Shown one piece after another: positions 49,744-60,061 of a DNA stretch of 64,000 nucleotides. The DNA is from an uncultured Verrucomicrobiae bacterium (lineage in GTDB: Bacteria > Verrucomicrobiota > Verrucomicrobiia > Limisphaerales > Palsa-1400): NCBI GenBank assembly GCA_963707025.1, contig CAVPOM010000015.1:128001-192000 (forward strand). Reading direction: 5' to 3'. Within the stretch, counting starts at the first letter, position 1. The number at the start of each line of letters is the position of its first letter. Position numbers and translations under genes: made by a program. The notes under the pieces are model-generated. The model saw only the letters and a program-made list of their open reading frames with translations, was not told the origin of the DNA and did not search any database.

Positions 49744-51558
49744 ATGATTGGCATGAACGCCTACCTCCTTACCGCCTGCGTCACCCGCTCTCCATCCGGC
49801 CTGGCCAATCTTGGACCAAGACGAAGTTCCTGCGCCAGCACGATTGTGTGCGCCGACGATGCGGAAGAGGCGCAAAAGCGATTTGAAGGGTGGTTACGCC
49901 TGCCACCAGAAGAGGGAAGCCCGGTGGACATCCACATCCACAAAATGGTCGTCGTGCCGTTGGTTGACCAACTGCTGACGGAAACAGAATCCGTTCCGCT
50001 GAACTGGCCGCAGATTGCGATCCAGGCGCAAATGGACCTGGAATCCATTCCCGCGGATGATTTTGAACAGGGTTACTGGGTGGACGTCAACGCCCTCCCC
50101 CCGCCCAGCATCAACCTGGAGGATTTGCGCCAGGATTTGCCGGAGGATATTCGTTCCGGCCTGAATTGGGGTGAAGACAAACAGTTCTTTTTTCTGCTCA
50201 GCGTTCTGACTCCGCCACCGCCGCCACCGCCCGAACCCTGGGAGGAACCGGCAAACGGCGCTCCCGAGGCCGCGCCAACCCCGCAAGAAACCGCTGGGGA
50301 GTCCGCCCCCGGTCTGGGAGAAGAGGAGGCCGGCTTCCCGGAACTGGCGGGCAAGGAAGCGGCCGCCCTGATTCGTGCACGGAATTCCGCCGTCGCCGCA
50401 TGGCTGTGGCGCAAACACGCCGCCGCTACCAAACTGGCCGGGCACCAAATCCGCATTGATCCGTGGTGTGGCGTGGTGGGCCTAGAAGCCAAAGGCGACC
50501 CGGACCGAGCCATCGCCGAATACACCAAAGCCATCGAACTCAGGCCGGATTTTGCATTTGCCTACCACCATCGCGGCAGTGCCAAGCAGGCCAAAGGCGA
50601 CTGGGACGGCGCCATCGCGGACTACACTAAAGCCATCGAACTCCGGCCGGATGAGGCGTTGGCCTATCTGAATCGCGCCCAATCGCTCTACACCAAAGGG
50701 GACTTGGACGGCGCCATCGCGGACTGCAGCAAAGCCATCGAACTCAAGCCCGATTATGCCAACGCCTACACCGGTCGCGGCGCTGCAAAGCAGGGCAAAG
50801 GCGATCTGGACGGAGCGATCGAGGACTACACCAAAGCCCTCCAACTCAAGCCGCTTGATGCGCTTGCCCTTCACAATCGCAGCCGTGCCAAGCTGGCCAA
50901 AGGGGATTTGGAGGGCGTTATCTCCGACGCCACCAAAGCCATCGAACTGGCGCCGGATTTTGCGGCAGCCTACCTCAACCGCGGCCTTGCCAAGAGGGCC
51001 GATGGCGACCTGGACGGCGCCATGGCGGACTACCTGAAAGCCATGGAGGCAAACCCGAATTATGCCTGGTCCTATCAAGCTCGCGGTTGCCTCCGTTATG
51101 ACGCGCAAGCATTCACGGATGCTTTGGCCGATTTTCGCAAGGTGCTGGAGCTGGATTCTTCCCTGCGAGATTATGGGCATTTCCGCCTCTGGCTGGTTCG
51201 CGCCCGGTTGGGCGAGGCGGAGGCCGCCAGTGATGAATTGCAAACTTATCTGGGCGGCCGGACCGCCGGCAAGCCGGACGACTGGGAAGCTAAAATCGGC
51301 CGCTTCCTCGCCGGACAACTGGCCGAACCGGAATTCCTGGCCGCCGCCAAAAATGCCGACCAGCAAACGGAAGCGGCACAGTTCTGCCAGGCGTATTTTT
51401 ACGCGGGCTCAAAACGCCTCTTGGCCGGCGGCGAGGCGGCGGCGGCGGATTATTTCCAAAAATCAATTGCCACGGATAAAAGGGCTTTTACCGAATACAG
51501 CAGCGCGGCGGCGGAGTTGGCATTGTTGAAAGCTCACAATCAGGTTGGTCCCGCATGA
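49744..51558 (+). CDS. TPR protein with an uncharacterised N-terminal domain and NlpI-like C-terminus
   Basis: About 7 TPRs (GDLDGAIADY.KAIEL.P); C-terminal CQAYFYAG...FTEY. Confidence 0.85.
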   Translation: MIGMNAYLLTACVTRSPSGLANLGPRRSSCASTIVCADDAEEAQKRFEGWLRLPPEEGSPVDIHIHKMVVVPLVDQLLTETESVPLNWPQIAIQAQMDLESIPADDFEQGYWVDVNALPPPSINLEDLRQDLPEDIRSGLNWGEDKQFFFLLSVLTPPPPPPPEPWEEPANGAPEAAPTPQETAGESAPGLGEEEAGFPELAGKEAAALIRARNSAVAAWLWRKHAAATKLAGHQIRIDPWCGVVGLEAKGDPDRAIAEYTKAIELRPDFAFAYHHRGSAKQAKGDWDGAIADYTKAIELRPDEALAYLNRAQSLYTKGDLDGAIADCSKAIELKPDYANAYTGRGAAKQGKGDLDGAIEDYTKALQLKPLDALALHNRSRAKLAKGDLEGVISDATKAIELAPDFAAAYLNRGLAKRADGDLDGAMADYLKAMEANPNYAWSYQARGCLRYDAQAFTDALADFRKVLELDSSLRDYGHFRLWLVRARLGEAEAASDELQTYLGGRTAGKPDDWEAKIGRFLAGQLAEPEFLAAAKNADQQTEAAQFCQAYFYAGSKRLLAGGEAAAADYFQKSIATDKRAFTEYSSAAAELALLKAHNQVGPA

Positions 51559-51562
51559 TAGC

Positions 51563-51871
51563 CTAATCTTCTTTTTTGGCTTTGGAGGGAAGCGGCTTTT
51601 TTTTGTAGGGGGAATGCAGGTTGAAATAGATGCCGCACAAGGGACGCTCGTGCTCGGTCTGGCTCAGGATGATGGTGAGCTGGCGGTCCAGGGCGATGCC
51701 GTGGCGCAGATGCGGCCCGCGGCTGAGGTAGGTTTTGATGGCCTTGTCCATGAGGGAGACCAGGCTGGCCCGGCATTCCTCCGGCGTTTTGTCAATACAA
51801 ACAATGAATTTGTCGAAGGCCTGCAACGCCTCCGCGATCTCGTCTTCAAATGTTTCTGCAGTCAAGTCCAT
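51563..51871 (-). CDS. Hypothetical protein
   Basis: Compact ORF 4 nt downstream of yggS, protein-like composition. Confidence 0.65.
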   Translation of the reverse strand: MDLTAETFEDEIAEALQAFDKFIVCIDKTPEECRASLVSLMDKAIKTYLSRGPHLRHGIALDRQLTIILSQTEHERPLCGIYFNLHSPYKKKPLPSKAKKED

Positions 51872-51875
51872 TTTT

Positions 51876-52589
51876 TCAATCCGGGCCGTCCTCGGCCCTG
51901 GGTTTGGCCGCCCGCCGCGGTCCGAACAGGGCCGTGCCCGGCCGTATCATAGTCGCTCCTTCTTCCACCGCCACTTCAAAATCGCCGGTCATGCCCATGC
52001 TCAGATGAGGCAGGGGCGCGCCGAGGATCTTTTCGCACTCGGCTTTCAATTGGCGCAGCCGGCGGAAAACGAGGCGGACCTTTTCCGGGTCCGGGGTGAA
52101 GGGGGCCACGGTCATCAGGCCGTGGATTTCCAGTTTGGGCAGGGCGTTGATCAGCGCCAGTTCGCCGGGAAGTCTTTCCGGGGAAAAGCCAAATTTGGAG
52201 GATTCGCCCGCGAGGTTGATCTCGAGCAAAATCGGCATGGTTTTGGCAAAGTGGCCGGCCCATTTGTTGATTTCGACGGCCAGAGGCAGGCTGTCCACGC
52301 TCTGAATCATGGAGAAAAGCGCCACGGCGTCGCGGCATTTGTTGGATTGGAGATGGCCGATCAGGTGCCAGCGCAACGGGCCGGGGCATTGGCTGATCTT
52401 GGACCTGGCTTCCTGCACGCGGTTTTCCCCGAAAAGGGTGAGGCCCGCCCCGGCGGCGGCGCGGATCATTTCGGGCGGCTGGCTTTTGCTCACGGCCAGG
52501 AGGGTGACGGCGGCGGGGTCGCGCCCGGAGCGCTGGCAGGCGGCGGCGATGCGCTGGCGGACGGATTGCAGATTGGCGGCCAAATCCAT
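51876..52589 (-). CDS. yggS: PLP homeostasis protein (YggS/PROSC)
   Basis: LLAVSK, FGENRVQE, WHLIGHLQSNK, LSMGMTGD, IRPGTALFG. Confidence 0.96.
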   Translation of the reverse strand: MDLAANLQSVRQRIAAACQRSGRDPAAVTLLAVSKSQPPEMIRAAAGAGLTLFGENRVQEARSKISQCPGPLRWHLIGHLQSNKCRDAVALFSMIQSVDSLPLAVEINKWAGHFAKTMPILLEINLAGESSKFGFSPERLPGELALINALPKLEIHGLMTVAPFTPDPEKVRLVFRRLRQLKAECEKILGAPLPHLSMGMTGDFEVAVEEGATMIRPGTALFGPRRAAKPRAEDGPD

Positions 52590-52599
52590 GCCGTCCCCG

Positions 52600-53661
52600 C
52601 TAACTCAGCCCGGCGGTTTCCGGGAAGCCGCACAGGAGGTTCATGCTTTGCACCGCCTGGCCGCTGGCGCCTTTGGTCAGATTGTCCAGCGCGCTGAGGA
52701 CGAGGAGGCGGCCGGTGCGCGGATCCAGACGCCAGGCGATCTCGATGACGTTGCCGCCGGTGACGTTCTTGGTGTCGGGCAGCGATTCGGCGTCGAGGAG
52801 CCGGACGAAGGGTTCGTGGGCAAAGGCGGCCTGGTAGCATCCGGCGATTTGCCGCCCCAGGGATTCCATTTCTCCTTCGCCGGCAAAGGGCTTTGCGGGT
52901 GTCAAATATAGAGTGGTCAGGATGCCGCGGTTGACCGGGATGAGATGCGGCGTGAATTGGAGGACGACCGCGGTCCCGGCGGCGGCGCTCAATTGCTCCT
53001 CGATTTCCGGCAAATGCCGGTGGCGCAGCACGCCGTAGGGGCGCGCGCTTTCATGGCATTCCACAAACAGGTAATCCATTTCCAGCTTGCGCCCGGCGCC
53101 GCTGACGCCGCTGAGCGAGTCGGCGATGATGTTATGCGGTTGGACCAGCCGGGCTTGCAGGAGCGGGATGAGCGGCAGCAAAATGCTCGTGGGATAACAG
53201 CCGGGCGCGGCGACCAGGGCGGCGTTTTTGAGCTGCGCCCGGTGGATTTCGGGCAGGCCATAAACCGATTTTTTAAGAAGCTCCGGGGCGGGATGGTCGC
53301 GCCCATAGTATTCCCTGTAAGTGGCGGGGTTTTTGAGCCTGAAATCGGCGCTCAAATCAATGACCTGGCAGCCCAGCTCCAGGAGGGGCGCGGCAAATTC
53401 GGCGGCCAGGCCATGGGGCAGGGCGAGGAAAATGACGCGGGCGGCCCGGGCCAGCAGTTCGGCCTTGGGTTCGCTGAAACGGAGGATTTGGGCGCGGGGT
53501 TGATGGGCGAATTTGGGAAAGACCCGGGCGACCGTTTGGCCGGCAAATTGGCGCGAGGTGACGGCCGCCAGCTCCACGCCGGGATGCTGCAAGAGCAGGC
53601 GCACCAACTCCTCGCCGGAATATCCGGAGGCGCCAACAATGCCAACTTTCACCGGGTTCAT
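52600..53661 (-). CDS. argC: N-acetyl-gamma-glutamyl-phosphate reductase
   Basis: GASGYSG, DLSADFR, APGCYPT, SGVSGAG, DNLTKGASGQA. Confidence 0.97.
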   Translation of the reverse strand: MNPVKVGIVGASGYSGEELVRLLLQHPGVELAAVTSRQFAGQTVARVFPKFAHQPRAQILRFSEPKAELLARAARVIFLALPHGLAAEFAAPLLELGCQVIDLSADFRLKNPATYREYYGRDHPAPELLKKSVYGLPEIHRAQLKNAALVAAPGCYPTSILLPLIPLLQARLVQPHNIIADSLSGVSGAGRKLEMDYLFVECHESARPYGVLRHRHLPEIEEQLSAAAGTAVVLQFTPHLIPVNRGILTTLYLTPAKPFAGEGEMESLGRQIAGCYQAAFAHEPFVRLLDAESLPDTKNVTGGNVIEIAWRLDPRTGRLLVLSALDNLTKGASGQAVQSMNLLCGFPETAGLS

Positions 53662-53724
53662 ACGATGTGATCACCGCCGCGCGGCCCGCCCATTTTAATC
53701 CGCCATCCGCACTCCGCAATGGAA

Positions 53725-54120
53725 TTAACGCTTGCTGTACTGGAAGCGTTTGCGGGCGCCGGGCTGGCCGTACTTCTTGCGCTCTCTCATGCGGGGATCG
53801 CGGGTGAGACAGCCGGCGGTTTTCAGGACGGACCGCAGGGCGGCGTCCACATGCAACAAGGCGCGGGCGATGCCATGGCGCACGGCGCCGGCCTGCCCGG
53901 CCGGGCCGCCCCCGGCCACATTGACATGCACATCGTATTTGGCGGTGGATTCGGTGAGGGTCAGAGGTTGAGTGGCCGCGGTGCGGAGAGATTCCAGGCC
54001 GAAATAATGCTCAAAAGGCCGTCCGTTGATGACGATTTTTCCCGAGCCGGCCGCGAGGCGGACCCGGGCCACGGCGGTTTTGCGGCGTCCGGTGCCGCGG
54101 AATTCTTTGGTCTCTGCCAT
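53725..54120 (-). CDS. rpsI: 30S ribosomal protein S9
   Basis: [31 protein letters not shown]. Confidence 0.98.
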   Translation of the reverse strand: MAETKEFRGTGRRKTAVARVRLAAGSGKIVINGRPFEHYFGLESLRTAATQPLTLTESTAKYDVHVNVAGGGPAGQAGAVRHGIARALLHVDAALRSVLKTAGCLTRDPRMRERKKYGQPGARKRFQYSKR

Positions 54121-54147
54121 GATGAAAATTGGTTGAGGATTAGAAAA

Positions 54148-54582
54148 CTAGCTGGCCGGGGCCAGGGTGGCCGGTTGTTGAGCGGCATGCGGATGGGTGC
54201 CGCCTTTATAGACTTTGAGTTTGGTCATGAGGACCCGGCCGAGGCGGTTTTTCGGGACCATGCCCCGCACGGCATGGGTGATGAGTTTCTCCGGGTGGCG
54301 GGCGCGAACCTGGGCGACGGAGGTGTATTTCTCGCCGCCTTTCCAGCCGGAATAAGTCATGAATTCCTTGGCGGTTTCCTTTTTGCCAGTGAGGCGGACT
54401 TTCTCCGCATTGATCACGACGACGAAGTCGCCCGCGTCGAGGTGGGCGGTGTAAACGGGTTTGTTTTTCCCGCGCAGAATGTTGGCCACCTGGGCGGCCA
54501 GGCGGCCCAGGACGGCGCCATTGGCATCAATGACATGCCATTTGCGCTGATCCAAATTAACTTTAGGCAAATACGTTTTCAT
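54148..54582 (-). CDS. rplM: 50S ribosomal protein L13
   Basis: WHVIDA...LGRLA...LRGKNKP, DAGDFVVVINA, HPHAAQ. Confidence 0.98.
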   Translation of the reverse strand: MKTYLPKVNLDQRKWHVIDANGAVLGRLAAQVANILRGKNKPVYTAHLDAGDFVVVINAEKVRLTGKKETAKEFMTYSGWKGGEKYTSVAQVRARHPEKLITHAVRGMVPKNRLGRVLMTKLKVYKGGTHPHAAQQPATLAPAS

Positions 54583-54607
54583 CCAAATAACCTTCCAAGG
54601 AGCGGTG

Positions 54608-54635
54608 AAACTACCAAAGACCGGCGCGAAGTCAA
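54608..54635 (-). promoter_or_regulatory. sigma70 promoter of rplM-rpsI
   Basis: TTGACT-N16-TAGTTT. Confidence 0.5.
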
Positions 54636-54690
54636 CAGGCAATTTTGGGGAATGCCACGGGCAAGGAGACGGGTTACCCGCCATCGCCCG

Positions 54691-57600
54691 TCAGGCCGGC
54701 AGCGCGGGAGGGGTGGGTTGGGGAGAACGGGCGGGAGCCTGGCCGCGCCGCCGCCAGGAGCGGACTTTGTCGCGGGCGTGTTCGAAGGCCAGATAGACCA
54801 CCGGGGTGGTGTAGAGGGTCAGCACCTGGGAAATGAGCAGGCCGCCCACGACGGAAATGCCCAGGGGCTGGCGAAGTTCGGAGCCGGCGCCCCGGCCCAA
54901 AGCCAGCGGGATGGAGCCACAAAAAGCAGCCAGGGTGGTCATCATGATTGGCCGGAAACGGATCACGCAGGCTTTGTAAATAGCGTCCTCGGGGCGGAGT
55001 TTTTCCTCCCGTTCGGCGACCAGGGCAAAGTCCACCATCATGATGGCGTTTTTCTTGACAATGCCCATGAGCAGAATGATGCCGATGAAGGAGACCAGGG
55101 AAAGGTCCAGGCCGAAGATCATGAGGGCGAGCAGGGCGCCCAGGCCGGCGGAAGGCAGGCTGGAAAGGATGGTCAGGGGATGGATGAGGCTTTCATAGAG
55201 CATGCCCAAAACGATATAGACGGCCAGGAGCGCCGCCGCCAGGAGGATGGGCAGCGAACTGAGGGAGGCCTGGAACACCTGGGCGGTCCCCTGGAAGCTG
55301 CCGGACACGGTGGCGGGCAGGCTCAACTCGCGCGCGGCTTGCCGGATCAGGTCGGTGGCCTGGCCGAGGGAGGTGCCGGGGTCCAGATTGAAGGAGATGG
55401 TGCTGGCGGGAAACTGGCCCTGGTGGTTGACGGAGAGGTAGGTGTTGGTGTCCTGGATTCTCGCCAGCGCGGCCAGCGGGACCATCCTTCCGGTAGCGGA
55501 CTTGACGAAGATTTTTTGCAGGGAATCGGGGCTTTGCAAGTAGGCCGGATCAACCTCGAGAACGACGTGGTGCTGGTTGTAGCGTTTATAGACGATGGAC
55601 ACCTGGCGCTGGCCGAAGGCATCGTAGAGGGTGTTATCAATCGCCTGGGGCGAAATGCCCAGGCGCGCGGCGGCATCGCGGTCCACGATGACGCTGGCTT
55701 GCAAACCGTGGTTTTGCTGGTCGCTGCTGACATCTTTGAGCTGGGGGATTTGTTTGAGTTTGCTGATGAGCAGGGGAGTCCAGTGATTGAGGTCGTCCAG
55801 GCTGGAGGATTGCAAGGCATACACGTACTGGCCCTTGGGCGTGCGTCCGCCCACATTGATGTCCTGGACGGCTCGAAGGTACAAGGTGGCGCCGGGGATG
55901 TGGGAGGTTTTTCTGCGCAGGCGGGCGATGATCTGATCGGCCGAGACTCTCCCCGGCCGCTGGTTGCGCGGTTTGAGGGTGATGAACATGCGCCCATTGT
56001 TGATAGTGCTGCCGCCGGCGGAAGCCCCGATGAAAGAGCCCAAGGTTTCCACCGCCTCGTCGGCCAACACGATCCGCGCCAACTGGTCCTGCAGCCGGGT
56101 CATGGCTTTGAAGGAAATATCCTGGGCGGCGTCGGTGGTGCCCATGATCGAGCCGGTATCCTGCTGGGGAAAGAAGCCCTTGGGAATTTCGGCATAGACA
56201 AAGAGGGTCACGACCAGGGTGATGACCGTGACGGCGAGCATCAACGCCTGGTGGCGCAGCACCCAGCGCAGGCCCCGGTCGTAAACGGCGAAAAGCCGGT
56301 TAAAGGCCCATTCGCTGGCCCGGTAAAAGGGGCCGGGTTTTCCATAAGAGGCCTGCGATTTCAAAAAGCGCGAGCAGAGCATCGGGGTCAACGTCAGGGA
56401 GATGACCCCGGAGACCAGGATGGCCAGGCTCAAGGTGACGGCAAATTCATGGAAGAGACGGCCAATCAACCCGCCCATGAAGAGCAGGGGAATGAAGACG
56501 GCCACCAGCGAAGTGCTCATGGAAACGACGGTGAAACCAATCTGGCGCGCGCCGGTCAGCGCCGAAGCCATGGGCTTTTCCCCGTGCTCCACATGCCGGT
56601 AAATGTTCTCGATCACGACGATGGCGTCATCCACCACAAAGCCGACGGAGATGGTGATGGCCATGAGGGACAGATTATCCAGGCTGTAATGCAGCAGGTA
56701 CATGAAGGCGAAGGTGCCGGAGAGGGCGAGCGGAATGCTGATGCTGGCGATGAAGGTCGGCCAGAAGCGGCGCAAAAACAGAAAAATCACCAGCACCACC
56801 AGGATGACGCTCAAGAACAGGGAAATCTGCACATCATTGACCGAGGTGTGAATGGTAATGGTCCGGTCGGAGGTGATGAGGATCTTCACCGCCGGCGGAA
56901 TCCAAAGTTTAATTTGGGGCAGGACGGTGCGAATGCGGTCCACCGTCTCGATGACGTTGGCATCGGGTTGTTTGAAAACCAGGAGGATGACGGCGGGCTT
57001 GGTGCCGACCCAGCCGGCGATGAGGTCGTTCTCCACCCCATCCACAATGTTGCCCAGGCTGCTCAGGCGGATGGGCACGCCGTTGGATTGGGTGAGGATG
57101 AGCGAGTGATAATCCTTGGCCTCGAAAACTTGGTCGTTGCTGGCCAGGGCATAAAACAAATTGCTGTCTTCCACGCTGCCTTTGGGGGAATCCACATTGA
57201 CTTTGCCGATCAAGGCGCGAACATCCTCCAGGCTCAGGCCGGTGGTGGAGAGTTGGGCGGGGTTGATCTGGACCCGCACGGCTGATTTCTCCGCGCCGGT
57301 GACGATAACCTGGCTGACCCCTTCCACCTGGCTGAGGCGCTGGCCGACAATTTCATCAGCCACTTCAAAGACCTGGGTGGGCAGGAGGCTGTCGGACACC
57401 ATGCCCATGATGAGAATGGGGGCATCGGCTGGATTGACCTTGCGGTAGGTGGGCGGACCGGGGAGGTTCAGGGGCAGTTCACTGGAGGAGGCGTTGATGG
57501 CGGCCTGGACATCGCGGGCCGCGCCGTCCACGGGGCGGTTCAAATCAAATTGCAGGGTGATGCTACAGCCGCCCAGGGTGCTGACGGAGGTCATTTCATT

Positions 57601-57831
57601 GACCCCGGCGATTTGCCCCAGGCGCCGTTCCAGTGGCGCCGCCAGCGAGGAGGCCACCGTGGAGGGGTCGGCTCCGGGCAAGGTGGCGTAAACGGACACC
57701 ACCGGATAATCCACGCGCGGCACGGAGGCGACGGGCAGCGACCGGTAGGCGGTCATGCCCGTGAGAAACAGCCCGATGGCGAGCAGCGACGTGCCGATGG
57801 GGCGGCGGATGAATGGCGCGGAAATGCTCAT
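54691..57831 (-). CDS. mdtC: RND efflux permease, MdtC-like
   Basis: FIRRPIGTSLL, GFVVDDAIVVIEN, GIVKKNAIMMVDFAL, RFRPIMMTT. Confidence 0.88.
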   Translation of the reverse strand: MSISAPFIRRPIGTSLLAIGLFLTGMTAYRSLPVASVPRVDYPVVSVYATLPGADPSTVASSLAAPLERRLGQIAGVNEMTSVSTLGGCSITLQFDLNRPVDGAARDVQAAINASSSELPLNLPGPPTYRKVNPADAPILIMGMVSDSLLPTQVFEVADEIVGQRLSQVEGVSQVIVTGAEKSAVRVQINPAQLSTTGLSLEDVRALIGKVNVDSPKGSVEDSNLFYALASNDQVFEAKDYHSLILTQSNGVPIRLSSLGNIVDGVENDLIAGWVGTKPAVILLVFKQPDANVIETVDRIRTVLPQIKLWIPPAVKILITSDRTITIHTSVNDVQISLFLSVILVVLVIFLFLRRFWPTFIASISIPLALSGTFAFMYLLHYSLDNLSLMAITISVGFVVDDAIVVIENIYRHVEHGEKPMASALTGARQIGFTVVSMSTSLVAVFIPLLFMGGLIGRLFHEFAVTLSLAILVSGVISLTLTPMLCSRFLKSQASYGKPGPFYRASEWAFNRLFAVYDRGLRWVLRHQALMLAVTVITLVVTLFVYAEIPKGFFPQQDTGSIMGTTDAAQDISFKAMTRLQDQLARIVLADEAVETLGSFIGASAGGSTINNGRMFITLKPRNQRPGRVSADQIIARLRRKTSHIPGATLYLRAVQDINVGGRTPKGQYVYALQSSSLDDLNHWTPLLISKLKQIPQLKDVSSDQQNHGLQASVIVDRDAAARLGISPQAIDNTLYDAFGQRQVSIVYKRYNQHHVVLEVDPAYLQSPDSLQKIFVKSATGRMVPLAALARIQDTNTYLSVNHQGQFPASTISFNLDPGTSLGQATDLIRQAARELSLPATVSGSFQGTAQVFQASLSSLPILLAAALLAVYIVLGMLYESLIHPLTILSSLPSAGLGALLALMIFGLDLSLVSFIGIILLMGIVKKNAIMMVDFALVAEREEKLRPEDAIYKACVIRFRPIMMTTLAAFCGSIPLALGRGAGSELRQPLGISVVGGLLISQVLTLYTTPVVYLAFEHARDKVRSWRRRGQAPARSPQPTPPALPA

Positions 57832-58041
57832 GTTACCCAATTAAACATGAGCATCGTACAGGCTCCCGAGGGCGGAGCCAGCGAAAAAGACGGTCCATCA
57901 TGCTGGATTTGGACGGATTCCTCATGCCGGTTGTTCACCTCCTTTGAGAAGACGGGTCTTGACTTTTATGCCCGATTATGCTTTTGTAGCAACTGGAGAT
58001 TAATCCAACAGTTGTCCAGAAAGAAAGGAAAGGTTTTTCAC

Positions 58042-59874
58042 ATGAAAATGATTCGTCTGCCTTCGCGCCTGCGAAACGGCTTTTTTGCAATCTGCCTCCT
58101 CCTGGCCTCAGCCTTCGGCACTTTTGCACAGTCATCCATCAGCAACTCTCTCCCCATCGTCACCATTCAGGCGACGGTTCCCATCGCCACTTGGGCCGGC
58201 CAGGATGGCGTGTTCACGGTCTTTCGCTACGGCAATCCAACCCCGTCGCTTCTGGTCTATTATTGCATCAGCGGCACGGCCTCCAACGGGGTGGATTACC
58301 AGAAGATCGGGAACATCCTGCTGCTCTCCAACGGGGTCATGTCAAATTCCATCGCCATCGAACCCATTAATCTCGGGCAGAGCAACCTTGAGACGGTGAC
58401 CGTGACCCTGTGCCCCTCGCCGCTGATGAATCCGGTGAACTACCTCATTGGCCCTCCGGACCATGCCAGTGCGACCGTTTATATCCTGCCGCCAAACATC
58501 ACCAACGTTCCGCCGGCGGTGAACATCGTCAACCCAACCAACGGCGCGACCTTTTGCGCGCCGGCCAACATCCCGCTGGTGGCAGACGCCAGTGACGTGG
58601 ACGGCACGGTCACGAATGTGGAGTTTTTCGCCGGGACCAATGACCTGGGTCGGGGCCTTATGGTGGTTCTCGACCCGCCAGGCGCCAACGGAGTGACTGG
58701 GCCGGTTTACTTCCTGAACTGGCTCAATGTGGCGGCAAGTAATTATTCGCTGACAGCGGTGGCGACCGACAACGGCGGCGCTTCGACCACATCGGCGGTG
58801 GTGAACATCACCGTCCTGGCGGTTCCGCCCACTAATCTTCCGCCCGTCGTCCGCATCATCAATCCGCCCAATGGCAGCGTCTTCCGCGCCCCGGTCAACA
58901 TTCCCATTTTCGCTTACGCTGCCGATCCCGACGGCTCTGTTAGTTCCGTGGAATTCTTCGCCGGCACCAATAGTCTGGGCCTGGGCCATCAGGTCACCGC
59001 CGTGCCTCCGCCGCTGCCTCCCGGCCCGATCCAGCCGCCCATCCTGATCTATGTTCCAACAAATTATTGGGAACTGGTTTGGAGCAATGCCCCTTTGGAA
59101 ACCAATATCGCCTTGACGGCCCTGGCCACTGATAATGGCGGCGCCACCACCGTTTCCGCGGCGGTGACGATCAGCATTCTGCCCTCGCCCCCGCCGCCCA
59201 GCAACCGGCCGCCCATTGTCACTATCGTCGCCACCGATCCCGTGGCCATCGAAGGCACCAATTTCTGGTTCTGGCCGGGCGAAACCAATACGCCGCCAAC
59301 CTGGGCGGCTTGGCCGGCGGCGACCTGCCGTTTCTTCACCAACTGGGGTCCCAAAGCCGCCACCATGACCGTGCGCCGCTGGGGCGGCACCAATGCCGGC
59401 TTGACGGTGCCCTACGCCATTGGCGGCACGGCCAGCAACGGCGTGGACTACGTCGCCATTCCGGGTGTGGTGACCATTCCGGCGGGGGATCGCAGCGCGG
59501 TGATCACCATCATGCCCATTGACGACGGCCCGCCCGACATCACCAAGACCGTCATCCTCAGCCTGACGCCTTCGACCAACACCCCGCCGGATTATCTGCT
59601 GGGTTTCCCGAGGCGCGCCGCGGCGATTATACTTGACAGCAGCGGCCTTCCTCCCGTGACCGCCCTGCTGCCCGACCGGTGTTTTCACCTGGTCATGCCG
59701 GGGCCGGACGCCGCCTGGTTTAGCCTCGAGTATTCGACCGACCTGGCCAACTGGACGGCCATCTGCACCAACCAGGTGGTCAATGGCTCGATTAATTTCG
59801 TGGATCCTGACACGCTGAGCGACCAGGCCCGATACTATCGCGCCGTCCCGATCACTACTCCGCCGCCTCAATGA
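58042..59874 (+). CDS. Secreted Calx-beta / bacterial Ig-like repeat protein
   Basis: Signal peptide; two GTASNGVDY Calx-beta-like and two A.D.DG.V..VEFFAGTN Ig-like repeats; C-terminal STDLANW...YYRAV. Confidence 0.85.
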   Translation: MKMIRLPSRLRNGFFAICLLLASAFGTFAQSSISNSLPIVTIQATVPIATWAGQDGVFTVFRYGNPTPSLLVYYCISGTASNGVDYQKIGNILLLSNGVMSNSIAIEPINLGQSNLETVTVTLCPSPLMNPVNYLIGPPDHASATVYILPPNITNVPPAVNIVNPTNGATFCAPANIPLVADASDVDGTVTNVEFFAGTNDLGRGLMVVLDPPGANGVTGPVYFLNWLNVAASNYSLTAVATDNGGASTTSAVVNITVLAVPPTNLPPVVRIINPPNGSVFRAPVNIPIFAYAADPDGSVSSVEFFAGTNSLGLGHQVTAVPPPLPPGPIQPPILIYVPTNYWELVWSNAPLETNIALTALATDNGGATTVSAAVTISILPSPPPPSNRPPIVTIVATDPVAIEGTNFWFWPGETNTPPTWAAWPAATCRFFTNWGPKAATMTVRRWGGTNAGLTVPYAIGGTASNGVDYVAIPGVVTIPAGDRSAVITIMPIDDGPPDITKTVILSLTPSTNTPPDYLLGFPRRAAAIILDSSGLPPVTALLPDRCFHLVMPGPDAAWFSLEYSTDLANWTAICTNQVVNGSINFVDPDTLSDQARYYRAVPITTPPPQ

Positions 59875-59895
59875 CCGCAGAGCACTGCTGCACAA

Positions 59896-59938
59896 TGGGA
59901 TCGGATTGATCAGTCTGGGATCGGATTGATCGGTCTGG
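59896..59938. repeat. 20-bp tandem repeat
   Basis: tgggatcggattgatcagtc tgggatcggattgatcggtc tgg. Confidence 0.7.
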
Positions 59939-59971
59939 AGCGTTTTCAAGAAAACTGTAGCCGCAGCACGC

Positions 59972-60025
59972 GGTAGATTGGCACTCCGCTGCCCGCCGCG
60001 GCGCGCACGGAGTGCGCGCCCTACC
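59972..60025. repeat. GTAG-type REP doublet
   Basis: ggtagattggcactccgctgcccgccg / cggcgcgcacggagtgcgcgccctacc; shares a core with 24075. Confidence 0.7.
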
Positions 60026-60061
60026 ATCCTCATTCACGGCTACACAATTTCTTAAACAGCC

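Noticed and set aside
53719..57285. 1188-aa plus-strand ORF
   Set aside because: Antisense shadow of rpsI, rplM and mdtC caused by GC-rich codon bias; no motifs
58342..60033. 563-aa minus-strand ORF between mdtB and mdtC
   Set aside because: Starts in a REP and lacks domains; the plus strand carries a clear repeat-domain protein
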